Below are positions 1 through 12,820 of a stretch of DNA of 64,000 nt, one piece after another (position 1 is the stretch's first letter; each line of letters opens with the position of its first letter). A program made the translations under genes and the position numbers. A model generated the notes under the pieces. It was not told the origin of the DNA and made no database searches. It worked only from the letters and a program-made list of their open reading frames with translations. Where the stretch lies: contig NC_057718.1 of NCBI RefSeq assembly GCF_004010195.1, positions 88,564,233 to 88,628,232 on the forward strand, written 5' to 3'. Source of the DNA: Chiloscyllium plagiosum. Its lineage: Eukaryota.

Positions 1-150
1 ACACTATAGGGCAACCCATTTAATATGCACACCTTTCGATTGCGAGAAAAAAAAACAGAGCACCCAGAGGAAGTCCATGCGGAGAATGTGGCCGCTCCAC
101 ACAGTCATTGGAGGGTGGAATCGAACCCCGGTCCTTGGCACTGTGAGGCT
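1..150 (-). mobile_element. HE1-like tRNA-derived SINE, degenerate fragment
   Basis: Reverse complement resembles the SINE body at 12407-12750 (gaaccccggtccttggcactgtgagg on +). Confidence 0.6.
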
Positions 151-679
151 TCAATGATAGCAACCCTTAAATCTCTGTGGATTCACACCATTACTATAGA
201 TGTTGGAGGACGATGGCCTAATGGACCTATCACGAGATTGTTAATTCATAGACTTAGGTAACATTCCCCATGGCAGATGTTAGAACTTCAATGAGTCCAA
301 TGATGATGATGAAACAGTTGTCAGTTGTCAGGAAGAAAAACCATTTCATTCACTGATGTCCTTTGGGGAAGGCGATCTGTCATTCTTACCTCATCGACCC
401 CACATGTGACTCCAGACCCGTAACAACCTTGTTGACTGTTACATGCTCTCTGGGCAATTACAGAAGCGTAGGAAATGTTTACCTACCCAGCAATACCCAA
501 ATCCCTTTAATTAAAAAAAAAATGGAGTTTCTCATGCACAGCCAAATCCCTGCTGCAGCCATAACTCCCTTTTTCGATTTTACTCTGGGATTGGATATCC
601 CCACAGTGAGTGCATCATCACAAATATGAAATGATCAACTCCAAATTTGATCCAATTTAAAAGATCAAAAAATGCAGGA

Positions 680-810
680 AAATAAGGCATTCTTCCTCCA
701 GGTGTTGGATTGGAAGGTTTGCGATGAAGGAGACCCAGGACCTGCATGCACTTGTTGAGATGTTTATGCACGTGGCGGTAGGGTTTTTAAGTTCAGGTGT
801 CCCAGAGATG
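680..810 (-). mobile_element. Penelope GIY-YIG C-terminal fragment
   Basis: Minus strand gives QVLGLLHR...LEEECLIF, matching the Penelope copies at 46800-46870 and 55170-55240. Confidence 0.6.
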
Positions 811-969
811 TTTAGTGCAAAACTTGCACCCGCACCTCTCCCCTCACCTCCGTCCAAGGCCTCAAATGATACTTCGACATATGACAGAAATTTACCTGTA
901 CTTCCACCAATGTTACACCTGATGTAGTCTCCTCCACATTCGGAACATCTCTGAAACGCCAACACCAAC

Positions 970-1652
970 TGTTATGAAGGGTTGGGTGTACTTTAAGAGG
1001 GTTAAACGCAGCAGAACTATCAGATGCAGCACCAAATGTTCTCAATAAAGTAAGAATGTAATATTTGGTAAAACAACTCGATTAGCTCGTTGCCTGGAGA
1101 CAAAAACAAATTTGAATTCGGCCAATCAGTTTAAATTATATTTCGAAAAATATGAAACTCCAGTCCAGTTTTGAATTGATTATATTGACAATCTTAAAAG
1201 TCAATGACACAATCTGATGCTCTGGGGTATAAAACTGGGAAAATTTAATATTTGGGAGGAGAACTGCCATGCCACCAGTCTGCCTGAAAAATAGCTCTCT
1301 TAAAACTACTTTATAAATCTGTAATTTCTGATGCAGAAATTCCTATGAGGAAGATAAGAAGTCACAGGAAGATCCAAATAGATCAATTGAAAGCTGCCTG
1401 GTTGAGTGATAAGAAATGTGGTTTAGGAAATCTTAATTGGGAGTTTTTGGTAACTGATTTCATAGAAGGGAAGGTAAAAGATGGGTTAAAGTAAGTATTT
1501 TTTCATAGTTGTGAGTTAATTATTCTCTGTTACACTTTAAGAAATAAAGTAGTTAATTATTACTTTAAATAGAACTTGGCCATTCGAATATTTACAGATT
1601 ACAGCTAAATATTTCTGTGTTGCTCGTTTTAAATTAGGCAGAAAAGTTAACA
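970..1652 (+). mobile_element. Solo LTR (ERV/Gypsy-like)
   Basis: TGTTA...TAACA termini; CCAAT ~1121, TATAAAA ~1228, AATAAA ~1543; flanks ccaac/ccgac (imperfect 5-bp TSD); interrupts a Penelope fragment that continues on both sides. Confidence 0.65.
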
Positions 1653-1727
1653 CCGACCATCCCCACTGCTCCATGGCCGAACACTTCAACTCACCTCCCA
1701 CTCCCCCAATGAAGGATATGGAGGCAC

Positions 1728-2215
1728 TTATAGGAAGGATGTGGAGGCACTGGAACGGGTGCAGAGGAGGTTTACCATGGTGTTGCCTGGTATGGTAGGA
1801 AGATCGTATGAGGAAAGGTTGAGGCACTTGGGGTTGTTTTCATTGGAGAAAAGAAGGTTTATGGGTGACTTGATAGAGGTGTACAAGATGATTAGGGGTT
1901 TAGATAGGGTTGACCGTGAGAACCTTTTTCCACGTATGGAGTCAGTTATTACGAGGGGGCATAGCTTTAAATTAATGGGTGGTAGGTATAGGACAGATGT
2001 TAGGGGTAGATTCTTTACTCAGCGAGTTGTGAGTTCATGGGATGCCCTGCCAGTAGCAGTGGTGGACTCTCCCTCTTTATGGGCATTTAAACAGGCATTG
2101 GATAGGCATATGGAGGACAGTGGGCTAGTGTAGGTTAGGTGGGCTTGGATCGGCGCAACATCAAGGGCCAAAGGGCCTGTACTGCGCTGTATTTTTCTAT
2201 GTTCTATGTTCTATG
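1728..2215 (+). mobile_element. CR1 LINE 3' end
   Basis: ORF LERVQRRFT..YEERL..LFSLEKRR..GDLIEVYK..RGHSFKL..FFTQRVV is the canonical CR1 ORF2 C-terminus; (ctatgtt)n tail. Confidence 0.9.
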
Positions 2216-3159
2216 CTCAATCTTAAACTGAAACCACCCTTAAGGCTGCTCATCAGCACACCTCATGACCCAATTCTGTTCCCAGCTCAAAACATACAGT
2301 TCCCATTCTTCCATGTCACTGTAGTTCTGTCCTCCGTCCCCATTGCCCAAGATTCTCCTATCACCTCAAGCAACCATACCTTTTAAATGTTAATCCCTGC
2401 CATACCTTTCAACATTCGCACAACTATCAGCCTCCTTTGTGCTTAGTCCTTTAGTGTTTTCACCCCATTTCTATTTAGAACGTAATGCCTGTCCCGCCCA
2501 GGTTTCCTGGCAGCAGCCAGTGCGACCACCTCACAGGCTAGCTTCCCTGGGCAGACTGCATCCCTTGAACAGTAACGGTAGACAACAGTAAGGCCTTTCA
2601 AATCTGGTAATGAATGAGACTTTTCATGAGCTAGTTGGCTCAGGCAGGCTGCATCCCTTACACTGGAACTGTTTAAGCAAAGAACCACATTAGTTATGAA
2701 GAAGTCATGCTACTGAAGAAGTGTGTACTCACCAGTGTTTCCAGAAAGAAGTCTACCCACCATCTTTAATATAGTCATGTTTCTGATCTTCTCACTTTGA
2801 CTAACAAGATTGTGACCATCACTATAATTCCAGTGGGCTGTGGTGTTAATGAGAACTCATTGTCTGATAATAAATTTAAATCGGGTTCCAGACCATCATT
2901 GTTGGGAAAGTTGACCTGCCCGAAAGTTTCTGAGAACTTAATACCAAAATTTTAACACGCAAGCACAAATCTCAATTTTGGCCTCTTGCCCTATTAAGTT
3001 CCCCATCCTGTCTCTCTATTCAGTTGAGACGGGCCTGGAAGATTCTGCCATATTCTTCTAAGTCAGAAGGTCAAAGATGCAAGTTCCACTCCAGAAACTT
3101 GAGCCTTTAACCTAGGCTTAGACTTAAAATAAGAGGCTTAAGAGCTAGTACTTTTCAGT

Positions 3160-4761
3160 GGTCCCTAACATCACAGATGCCAGTCTTCAACCAATTTGAT
3201 TCATTCCACGTGATATTAAGAAATGGTTGAAGGCACTGAATACTGCAAATGCGACGGGCCCTGATAACATTCAGGCAATAGTACTGAAGACTTGTGCTCC
3301 AAAACCTGCTGCTCCCTTAGTCAAGCTGTTCCAGTACAGTTACAACACTGGCATGTAGATGACAATGTGGGAAATTGCTCAGGTATGTCCCGTACACAAA
3401 ACATAGAACAAATTCAACCCAGCAAATTACCGTCCCATTAGTCTAGTCCTGATCATCAGTAAAGTGATCGTGTCATCAACATTGCTGTCAAGCAGCACCT
3501 GGTCAGCAATAACCTGCTCAGTGACACCCAGTTTGGTTCCGCCAGGGCCACTCAGCTTCTGACTTCATTACAGTCTTAGTTCAAACATGGATAAAGCAAC
3601 TGAATTCTAGAAGCAAGGTGAGAATGACAGCCCTTGACATCAAGGTCACATTTGACCATGTACGGCATCAAGGTGCCCTAGCAAATCTGAAATCAATGGG
3701 AATCAGGGAGTAAACTCTCCACTCATTGGAATCATACCTGGCATATAGGAAATGGTTGTGGTTGTTAGAGATCAGTTATTTTAGCTCCAGGACATTACTG
3801 CAGGAATTGATCAGGGTAGTTTCCTTGGCTCAACCATCTTCAGCAGCTTCATCAATGACATTCCCTCCATCATGAGGTCAGAAGTCAGGATGTTCACCAA
3901 TGATTGCACAATGTTCAACACCATTCATGATTCATCTAAACTGAAGCAGATCATGCTTAATGTAACAAGGTTTGGACAATACACAGGCTTGGGCTGACAA
4001 GCTGCAAGGAACATTCACACCACACAAATGCCAGGCAATGGCCACATCCAATAAGAGACAATCTAACCATTTCCCCTTGTCATTCAATAGTGTTAACATC
4101 ACTGAATCCCTCACTAAAAATTCTGGAGGTTACCATTGACCAGAAACTCAACTGGACTCATAATATAAATACAATGGTTACAAGAGCAGGTCAGCGGCTA
4201 GGAATATTCTGAGTAACTCTCTTCCTGACTCCTGAAAGCCTGTCCACTGTAAGTCAACAGTGTGATTGAATACGCCCCATTTACCTTATAAGTGAAGCTC
4301 CATCAATGTTCTTGATGTTTGACACCATCCAGGACAAAGCAGCCTACTTGATTGGCACGACAACCATAAGCATCTACTTCCTATACCGCCATCACTCAGT
4401 AGCAGCAGTGTGTACTGTCCACAAGATGCACTGCAGGAATTCACGTAAGGTCCTTAAATTTCACTTTTCAAACCTATGACCACTTCCATCCAGAAGGACA
4501 AGGCAGCAGATACATGGGAACACCACAACCTGCAAGTTCCCCTCCAAGCCACTCACCATTCTGACTTGGCAATATATCATTGTTCCTTCTCTGTTGCTGG
4601 GTCACAATCCTGGAATTCCCTCCCTAATGACATTATGGGTCAACCCACAGCAGCAGGTCAAGAAGGCAGCTCACCACCACCTTCTCAAGGGCAACTAGGG
4701 TTGGCCAACAAATGCTGGTCCAGTCAGCGACATCCACGTCTCATGAGTAAATGAAAAAAAA
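3160..4761 (+). mobile_element. CR1/L2-clade LINE, 5'-truncated, decayed RT
   Basis: Decayed RT motifs GPDNI (~3257), NYRPISL (~3425), QFG (~3529), QGS.LG.TIFS.FIND (~3812) and an MFADD-like motif (~3890); A-rich tail at 4754-4761. Confidence 0.85.
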
Positions 4762-5169
4762 GATAGGAAGAATTAATTTATGCTGCTCAGAAGTAGTCAA
4801 GGCTAAGACAGGCCTGGAATATATTTTGGGCTCTTCCATTGACCTGGATCCCAGTTTTATTTTGGTGTCTTGGTTCAAGAGTTGGGAGTCACTCAAAGTC
4901 TCAATGGGGAAATCACCCAGCTACTTTTCAAATACATCCACACGACGACATGCTTACCCAGCCCCATCTGAGAAACTCTGTTGTAAACCCTGTGTGGATC
5001 TCGTGTCTCCACGTCCTGCCCATTTCCAGTCTTTCTACTGCTTCTTCAGCTGTTTAATACTGGATCTCTATCCCAGGCCTTGGGGAACTTTGGTAACATA
5101 TAACAACACCTCATTGTCACAATACTGTATTTGTCTAATGCCATGTGTTAAACTGAAGCCCTTTTAGGC

Positions 5170-5400
5170 TGTTAGGTTGATGCAAACGACCCCATAGCAA
5201 TATTCAGAGAAATGCAGGAAATCCAGCTGATGCCCTCACCAACGTTCCTCCTTCAACTAAAACAAGAACAGATCAATTGTTATCAATGGAATTTTTAAAA
5301 TGAGAAATTGCTGTGCACAAAACCGACCGTTATATTTAATAATAATGACTGTACTTCAAAAGTGCTTCAATTACGACTGAAATATTTCAGATTTTGTGAG
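5170..5400 (+). mobile_element. DeuSINE (SacSINE1-like) core remnant
   Basis: ttgctgtgcacaaa...tgactgtacttcaaaagtgcttca resembles the Deu domain; related minus-strand copies at ~8080-8490 and ~44120-44320. Confidence 0.6.
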
Positions 5401-6709
5401 CATGTGTTAGGTTTGGGTGTATATGGGTGTGCATACACACACATGCATGCACAAACACATGCATGCATGCAAACACACACACATTTTCCTTTCATATTAT
5501 TCATGTCCATTGAAAGCCTTTAGCTGCTTGATATTCCCCTCAAAACTGGGACTATGAGGAAAACAGATCAAGTGCAGCTTGAGTACAAGATAAATACGGC
5601 TCTGTTTTCGGTGTGATTTTTTTCCACTGGTTGTCTTCTGCTTTTGAAAAAACATATTCGTAGCACGGATATAACAATGAGGATGAAGGGGAGTAGGGTT
5701 GTAAGGGGGTTGTTCGCTAAATTTCTCTCCAGATATGGTTTTTCCTAAATTTTCCAAGCAAAAGCCACTGCCATGGTCAACACCTTTGGCTACAGAAAAT
5801 ATTGAATGGAATTCATTTACCAAGGTGTCCAGGTAGAAGAAGTGATTGATATGGATCTAACAGCTTTATCTTATCCTGTACTTTAGTTTTTAACAATTAC
5901 CTCAAAAATGAGAGGCTGACTTGATTTACAATTGAAAACTGGTAGGGCGCATTTTATATCAGATTTTTAAAATTAATTTTTACAACAATGTGCTTGCTCT
6001 ACCCTACAGGTGTATCACAGGTATCATTCAATCTACCATGACTAATGGTTGCCAGATTTTATCATTTAAGTTGCTATGGTTGCAGTGGTTAAGAGAACAG
6101 GTTGTTAGATCTGTTTGCTTAGACTAAGAAGCAGTTTAATCAAATGCAGTTTGAAGCCTGTTGCTCGTTCAAAACATTGGAAGCCTTGGCAGAAGCATTG
6201 ATGATAATGTCATTGACGGAGGTTACTCAGTCCATTGTATTTCTCTCATCTTTGTTTGAACAATCAAAATTAGTCTCGCTACCCTCCTTCCCTCCCAGAG
6301 CCTTGTGTCTTGCTTTGTTTCAGTCACTCATGAAGGTTTCCCCAAATATCAACTGTCCACTGTGACAAAGGCCACAAGAGAGATTGGTAATATATATCTG
6401 CATAGATGTTTCCTATGACCACATTTTAAATTCACCCCCAATCTACTCTCTATAAAAGATATGACAAAACTCTTGGGGGACTTCTTTAAAAAAATCATTC
6501 ACAGGATGTGGGTGTTGCTAGACCTGGTGCTGTAGGTTCACCAAAGTGCAGTTAGAAAGAGGTTTAAGCCTTGGTCAGTGCTGGGTTGTCTGTCCAGTTT
6601 CATTCTTTTTATCAGTCTTTGCAGCAGTTTGATAAAACTGAATAGTTTGCTAAGCCATTTCAAAGAACCAACCACATTGCTGAGGATTTGGAATCACAGA
6701 GTCATTGTC

Positions 6710-7862
6710 ATAGATTCATAGAGCCCAGAAACAGACACTTCGGTCCAACCAGTCTATGCTGATCATAATCCCAAACTAAACTAGTCCCACTTGCCTGTAC
6801 TTGGCCCATATCCCTCCAAACTTATTAAATGTCTTTTAAAAGTTGTAATTGAACACGCATCCACCACTTCCTCTGGAAATTCATTCCACACATGAACAAC
6901 TCTCTGTGTAAAAACAAATTAACCCTCATGTCTTTTTAAAATCCTTTTCATCTCACCTTAAAAATGCGCCCCATTATCTTGAAATCCCCCACCCTAGGTA
7001 AAAGACACCTACCATTCACCTTACCTATTAGCCTCATTATTTTGTAAACCTCTAGAGGTCACCTCTCAACCTCCTACACTCCAATCTCTCCTTGTGACTC
7101 AAACCCTCCATTCCCAGCAACATCCTGGCAAGTCTCTTCTGACCCCCCCTCCAGCTTGATAAAATCTTTCCTATAATGGGGAGACCAGAACTGAACACAA
7201 TACTCCAGAACAGACCTCACCAATGTCCTGCACAACCTCAACATAACATTCCAACTCCTACACTCAAAGGTCTGAGCAACGAAGGTGTAGTAATTGGGCC
7301 TAAGGCCAGGAGCATCTCATTGTGAGATCCTCGATTGGGGTCCATTAACCTGGGCCAATCAAGGCGCCCTGGCTGACAGGAGATTCAGCAGATCTCCTCA
7401 GCCTATGGACTGTCTTTGAGCTGGCTGGTCAGACCCCATGTACCATGCATGTGTAAATAAAGGGTGACTTGGTGACAGGATATAGCCTCTGTGCAGTTAT
7501 TTCTGAAGGCAAGCATGCTAAGTGCCTTCTTAACCACCTATCTATATGTGATGCAAACTTCAAAGAATAATATACCTGAACCCCTAGGTCCCTCTGTTCT
7601 ATGACACTGCCCAGGTCCCTACTTTTAATTGTATAAGTCTTTCCTTTGTTTGTTTTACCAAAAAGTAGTACCTTACATTTATCCAAATTAAACTCCATCT
7701 GCCACTCCTCAGCCCATTAACCCATTTGATCAAGATCTCTTTCTAATCTTAGATAACCTTCTTCATTATCCACTATACCACCAATCCTGGCATCATCCGC
7801 AAACCTATGAATCATACTTTCCATATTCTCATCTAAATCATTTACAAAAATGACAAGCAAAA
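6710..7862 (-). mobile_element. CR1 LINE fragment
   Basis: Minus ORF MEFNLDKCKVLLFG...EQRDLGV; CR1 3' tail in reverse at 6710-6800. Confidence 0.85.
7286..7504 (+). mobile_element. Short (219 bp) solo LTR nested in CR1
   Basis: Perfect 5-bp TSD GAAGG (7281-7285, 7505-7509); TG start, CCAAT, AATAAA ~7456; end TTCT probably from TTCA. Confidence 0.75.
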
Positions 7863-7869
7863 CAGGAAT

Positions 7870-8055
7870 AGGCAGGCAGGAGGCTGGAGGAACACAGCAG
7901 GCTAGGCAGCATCAGGAGGTGGAGAAGTCGATGTTTCGGGTGTAACCCTTCCTCAGGTTACACCCTGAAATGTCAACTTCTCCACCTCCTGATGCTGCCT
8001 GGTTTGCTGTGTTCTTCCAGCCTCCTACCTGTCTACTTTGGATTCCAGCATCCCC
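7870..8055. mobile_element. Fold-back Penelope-tail mini-element with a hammerhead motif
   Basis: Inverted arms ~7870-7947 / ~7956-8035; minus strand 7928-7957 reads cCTGAGGA-a-gggt-tac-accc-GAAA-ca-TC-ga. Confidence 0.7.
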
Positions 8056-8079
8056 AGTTTTTTTTTGGTCTCTAAACAA

Positions 8080-8490
8080 AACACGAGGAGCCTTTAACAA
8101 TTGTTGGACACTCCACCAGGCAATGAAATCCTTTTTGAAGGGTAGTCACTCTTAGAAATACAGCAGCTAATTTTCACACAGCAAGTCCCTATAACCAGCA
8201 AAATAATAAACAGCTAAATAATTTGTTGAAGTGATATTGGTTGAGGGATAAATGTTTGCCAGGATACTGGGGACATCTTTACTGTTCTTCTACAAAAAAA
8301 ATGCCAGGAGATCTTTCACATCCACTGAAGGGATGGGGGGGGGGGCGGGCGTGGTGTTGTTGGGGGGAGATGAAGCCTTGGCATCTGAAAGCTGGCACTC
8401 CCACACTGCTGATCTATACTGTATTGTCAAATTAGACTGAGCTTGTGACGCAGAGGCTCAAGTGTCTCCACTGAGCCACCGCTGATACTT
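8080..8490 (-). mobile_element. DeuSINE (SacSINE1-like)
   Basis: Reverse Deu-domain motifs (ttttgaagggtagtcact, cacacagcaagtccc, ggttgagggataaatg) and a reversed tRNA-like head near 8470. Confidence 0.6.
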
Positions 8491-8934
8491 TTAATCTTAT
8501 AACGCATAATTGTGGATCTTTGCTACACTGCGTGGGATTCTTTCATTTCCATGGTCAGAGAGTGGCAGCAAAATTCTGTTTAACATGACGGTAATAAGTT
8601 GGGCTTTCCAGGGGTTAGAATACAGTGTGTAAAAAGCCAGGTCTGGCTGAAGATTGCAACATTAGGCTGGGTCAGCAGCAGGCAAATAACATTGCTGGGT
8701 CCAGTCAAATGATTGTCAGCAAGCCTCACTGGAAACAAAGCTCCCCCTGCCACTTCTCAGGAATGTCTAACTCAGGGGCAACTGGCATATGCTGTAAAAC
8801 AAAGCATGAGGGGTAGGTGTACAGACCCAAAGGAGATCACACAGATTCAAAAGTCTCAAATTTAACACGGCCCATATGGCAGAAACCAAACTGAGGGCGG
8901 AGAGTTCACTAAAATGAGGTTAGCAATTTACCTT

Positions 8935-9172
8935 GTGATTCTGTGTGGGATTTGCACATTCTCCCCGTGTAAGTGTGGGTTTTCTCTGAGTGCTCCCACA
9001 GTCCGAAGATGTATAGGGCAGATGAATTGGCCAGGCTAAATTGCCAATAGTGTTAGGTACAATAGTCAGAAGGAAATGGGTCTGTGTGGGTTACTGTTTG
9101 GAGGGTCGGTGTGGACTTGTTGGGCCGAAGAGCCTGTTTCCACACTGTAGGGAATCTGTAGAGAATCTAATT
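8935..9172 (+). mobile_element. HE1-like SINE, 5'-truncated
   Basis: tttgcacattctccccgtg...ttgggccgaagagcctgtttccacactgtagggaatct. Confidence 0.8.
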
Positions 9173-9419
9173 CTGCTGTCTTCCTGCCATACCTGATTTA
9201 ACCTGCTTTTTGTATTTCTGGTCCTGAAAACATTATCATGATGATACGAATGCAAGGTTCTCCACCGCCATTTCTGCACATTTATAATATTTACCCGTGT
9301 GAAAGATTGTTAGCATATGTTCTACAATCAAATCAAAATATTTTTGTCGAATAGAAAAACTATTGTTTCATTGGTGGCCGACCGCTCCTATTGTCCAAAC
9401 TGGGACCTACACTGTAAGG

Positions 9420-9962
9420 CCACAAGGCCTAGGAGCACATATAGGCCACTTTCACCCATTAAATCTACACCATCATTCAATGAAATCATGGTTGCTCTGA
9501 TAACCTTCAACTCCACTTTCCTGCCTTTTCGCCCATTCCTCTTGATTCCCATACTGATTAAACATCTACCTTGGCCTTGAATAGACTTAATGACCCAGGT
9601 TTTCCAGTCCCCTGGGTAAATAATTCCACAGATTCACTACCCACTGAGAGAAGAAATTCTTTTTCATTTCTGTCATAGCTGGAAAATGACTTACTCTGAG
9701 ATTATGTGCTCTAATCCTAGCCTCTCTCAAAAAGAGGAAATGACATCTCCACACCTTCCCTGTCAAGCCTCCTAAGAATCTTGTATGTTTCAATAAGGTC
9801 TCCTCTCATCCTTTGATGAGACCCAATCTACTCAGCCTCTCCTAATAAGAAAACCTTTTGATACTGGGGATCAGCCTTGTGAATCTTCTCTGGTCTACTT
9901 CCAATCGCGATCTATTTGTCTTAAGCCAGAGGACCCAAAACTGCTCACAGTATTCCAGCTGT
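9420..9962 (-). mobile_element. CR1 LINE 3' end
   Basis: Minus ORF ...MKKNFFSQWVVNLWN... Confidence 0.75.
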
Positions 9963-10587
9963 GTGGTATGAATAGTGGAGTTCAGGTTCTTAACACACTG
10001 CAGGGAATTTAACATCATTACCCAAGGTGAATTTAATGGTAAGAAGGCATTTAACCAGGAGGAGACTTAATGCCCATTTCTGGGCTTCATTCCACAGCAC
10101 TCTCAGTATTGAGCCGTGTTAAATTTGAGGGGCTCACCACCTGAGAAGCATGACAAGCAACCCCACGCAGCAAGATCCCTTGCTGAAAGACACACACTGG
10201 CTAATCAAAGGACCCTGCGTCGGGAAGAAGGAATACCCTCTGAGAGCCAAACCCAAGAGCGTCCACACCCGTGTGACACTCAACCCCCATCACTCTTCTG
10301 TGCATGGAATAATTGGTGATCCGAGGTCTCAGGTGGGTGTAGTAATGGGAGCCGCCGCCACCTCCCTGTTCATTAGAGCCGCTGGCCTCTGATTTTCGGC
10401 AACTCACAGTGGCCTGACTTCTGCCCCTCGGGCCTAAATTTCAGGAAAGACCCATTTCTATGCAGTTAAGTGCCTCAGTAGCAGTTAATTCAGCAAACCA
10501 TCCCTAAGAGTGGTGACATAGGGTTCTCATCCGACTGCAGCAAAATAACAACTAAAACAACCAATATGTAAACCATCATCTTTCAGG

Positions 10588-10659
10588 TTCTGGATCAGTG
10601 GTGCTGGAAGAGCACAGCAATTCAGGCAGCATCCGACGAGCTTTACCTCGTTGATTTTA
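10588..10659. mobile_element. 72-bp Penelope-tail insertion
   Basis: 13-bp direct repeat atcatctttcagg at 10575-10587 and 10660-10672; insert tggtgctggaagagcacagc...ggcagcatcc is the reverse of the tail at 24110-24160. Confidence 0.75.
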
Positions 10660-11589
10660 ATCATCTTTCAGGGTCTAGCCTCATGGAAAGTTAATCAGAG
10701 GTGCTTTAAACACATGCTTTACTTGAAAAGATCTTGATGCAGCCTAACTTGAGAGATATTAAATGTTTCTCGAATTTGGGTCACTTTTCAGACACTCTTG
10801 AGTGAATTTAGAAATGCTACCTCATGGCAGAGAATGTCACCTGTTGGAACTGCACATCAGAAAAAAAACTGTGCGCTTCCTTCAAGATATTCTATACAAC
10901 AATATACCGATTTGTAAAATATACCCTTCTGTAGGACCACAATTACAACCATAACTTTCTTATAAATTTAAAGTCAAGAGGCAGCTTGCTAACATCCTGG
11001 CAGAGTGTCAGGGGCCATTTTGAGTTTGGGGGCTAAGCAAAAGGATCTTTATCTTAAAATTTGGCTTCTCAGTGTCCATAGCATCAGTGTATGCAGGACC
11101 AAAACAGCACTGATGCTGCATGTGTACCCTTGCAAGCTGAATAGCAATTGCCAGGCACTATTATGTGGATGGTGATAGTCCAGGTGTTTAAGAGGTTAGC
11201 AGTGAAGGCTAGTTGTGCTGATTTGATAAGACTGTTGCCACTTTCAGCCTCAATGCTCCAGCTTACACACCTCCTTAAACATACATGACTAAGCAGGCAC
11301 CCCGCAGCAGCAGGGATACACTCCCTCCTCCCCTCACCAAGACTTAAAGAGAACATCTGATACTTCAGGTTAGTTGCTTACTGCTTTCTGCTGGCTCTTT
11401 CTGAGTTGTAAGATTGCTGTGAGTGTTTCTGAAACTGTTTAATTTGATGAAGTTGACAGGGTACGGCACTGCATATGGAAAAGGCCTTCATCCTGGCTTA
11501 AACTTGCTCCCAATTGATGGTGCAATAGATACCAACTTCCTTGGGAGGACAGTGTGAAAGGAAGATTGAGCAGCATTAGTCCATAAGAA

Positions 11590-11916
11590 TCATGGAATCA
11601 TAGAAGCCCTACAGTCTGGAAACAGGCCATTTGACCCAACAAGTTCACACTAACCCTCCGAAGAGTATCCCACCCAGACCCATTCCCCGAACCTATTACT
11701 CTATATTTACCCAAGACTAATGCACCAAACCTACACATCCTTGAACACTATGGACAATGTTAGCATCGGCAACTCACCTAACCTGCACATCTTTGGACTG
11801 TGGGAGGAAACTGGAGAACCCAGAGGAAACCCAAACAGACACGCAGCGAAGGTGCAAACTCCACAGTCAGTTGCCCGAGGCTGGAATTGAACCCAAGTCC
11901 CTCGTGCTGTGAGGCA
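11590..11916 (-). mobile_element. HE1-like SINE
   Basis: Reverse complement of the 12407-12750 body. Confidence 0.85.
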
Positions 11917-11959
11917 TAAGGAGAAACAGATTGCGTAAGAATGTGGAGGAGCAGGAGAA

Positions 11960-12820
11960 TGGCTCTCAGCTATGGGCTTTTATCAGGCATGATCTACAAC
12001 TTAAAGTAGGAACTGTCTGTGTGTCAACTCCACATTCTACATGGGCTGCCTACAGAAATCAGCCAGCATTTGCAGGCAATGCTGCAGTTATAGAACAGGA
12101 CAAGGCCAGTGTTGTCAGTGACTGTGAAGGTGACTGTGACCAATGACTGCTTCATGCTGGAATACTTCCAAGTTGCAGCAGGTGATTTCTACCATCAGGC
12201 CATCCACTGCATCTCAAAGTAAATGACTAACACTCTTGACCTGGGGAAGAGGAACAACTTGCAATCTCTCTGACTAGGGAGAAGCAGGCAGAGCATGCAC
12301 ATTGCTTTACCAGGACTGTATGCAGTGTGCCATTGTCTGCAGACACATGGCTTTGTGGGTGCCTTGTCTAGATGCAGAGGAACATCACAATTACAAGGGC
12401 CTTTATGGGCGGCACGGTGGTACAGTGGTTAGCACTGCTGCCTCACAGTGCCGGAGACCCGGGTTCAATTCCTGCCTCAGGCGACTGACTGTGTGGAGTT
12501 TGCACATTCTCCCCGTGTCTGCATGGGTTTCCTCCGGGTGCTCCGGTTTCCTCCCACAGTCCAAAGATGTGCAGGTCAGGTGAATTGGCCACGTTAAATT
12601 GCCCGTAGTGTTAGGTAAGGGGTAAATGTAGGGGTAGGGGTGTGGGTGGATTGCGCTTCGGCGGGTCGGTGTGGACTTGTTGGGCCGAAGGGCCTGTTTC
12701 CACACTGTAATGTAATCTAATCTAATCTAAAATCTAATCTAATCTAATCTACTTCCTGTATGTGCAATGGGTGTATGACAATGTTTAGCACATCATGCAG
12801 TTGAATTCTGGGTCTCATGG
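11960..12820 (+). pseudogene. PIF/Harbinger transposase relic interrupted by an HE1 SINE
   Basis: Across frames: VKVTV, FQVAAGD, REKQAE.A..F, AI.CRHMAL, HNYKG; after the SINE, YVQWVYD..HIMQLN..GSH. This follows the HARBI1-family motif order. Confidence 0.6.
12407..12750 (+). mobile_element. Full-length HE1-like V-SINE
   Basis: tRNA-like head with A box (ggtggtacagtgg) and B box (ggttcaattcc), V-domain gtgtggagtttgcacattctcccc, (aatct)n tail. Confidence 0.9.

Noticed and set aside
12407..12480. tRNA gene
   Set aside because: It is the tRNA-derived head of the HE1 SINE and continues into the V-domain.
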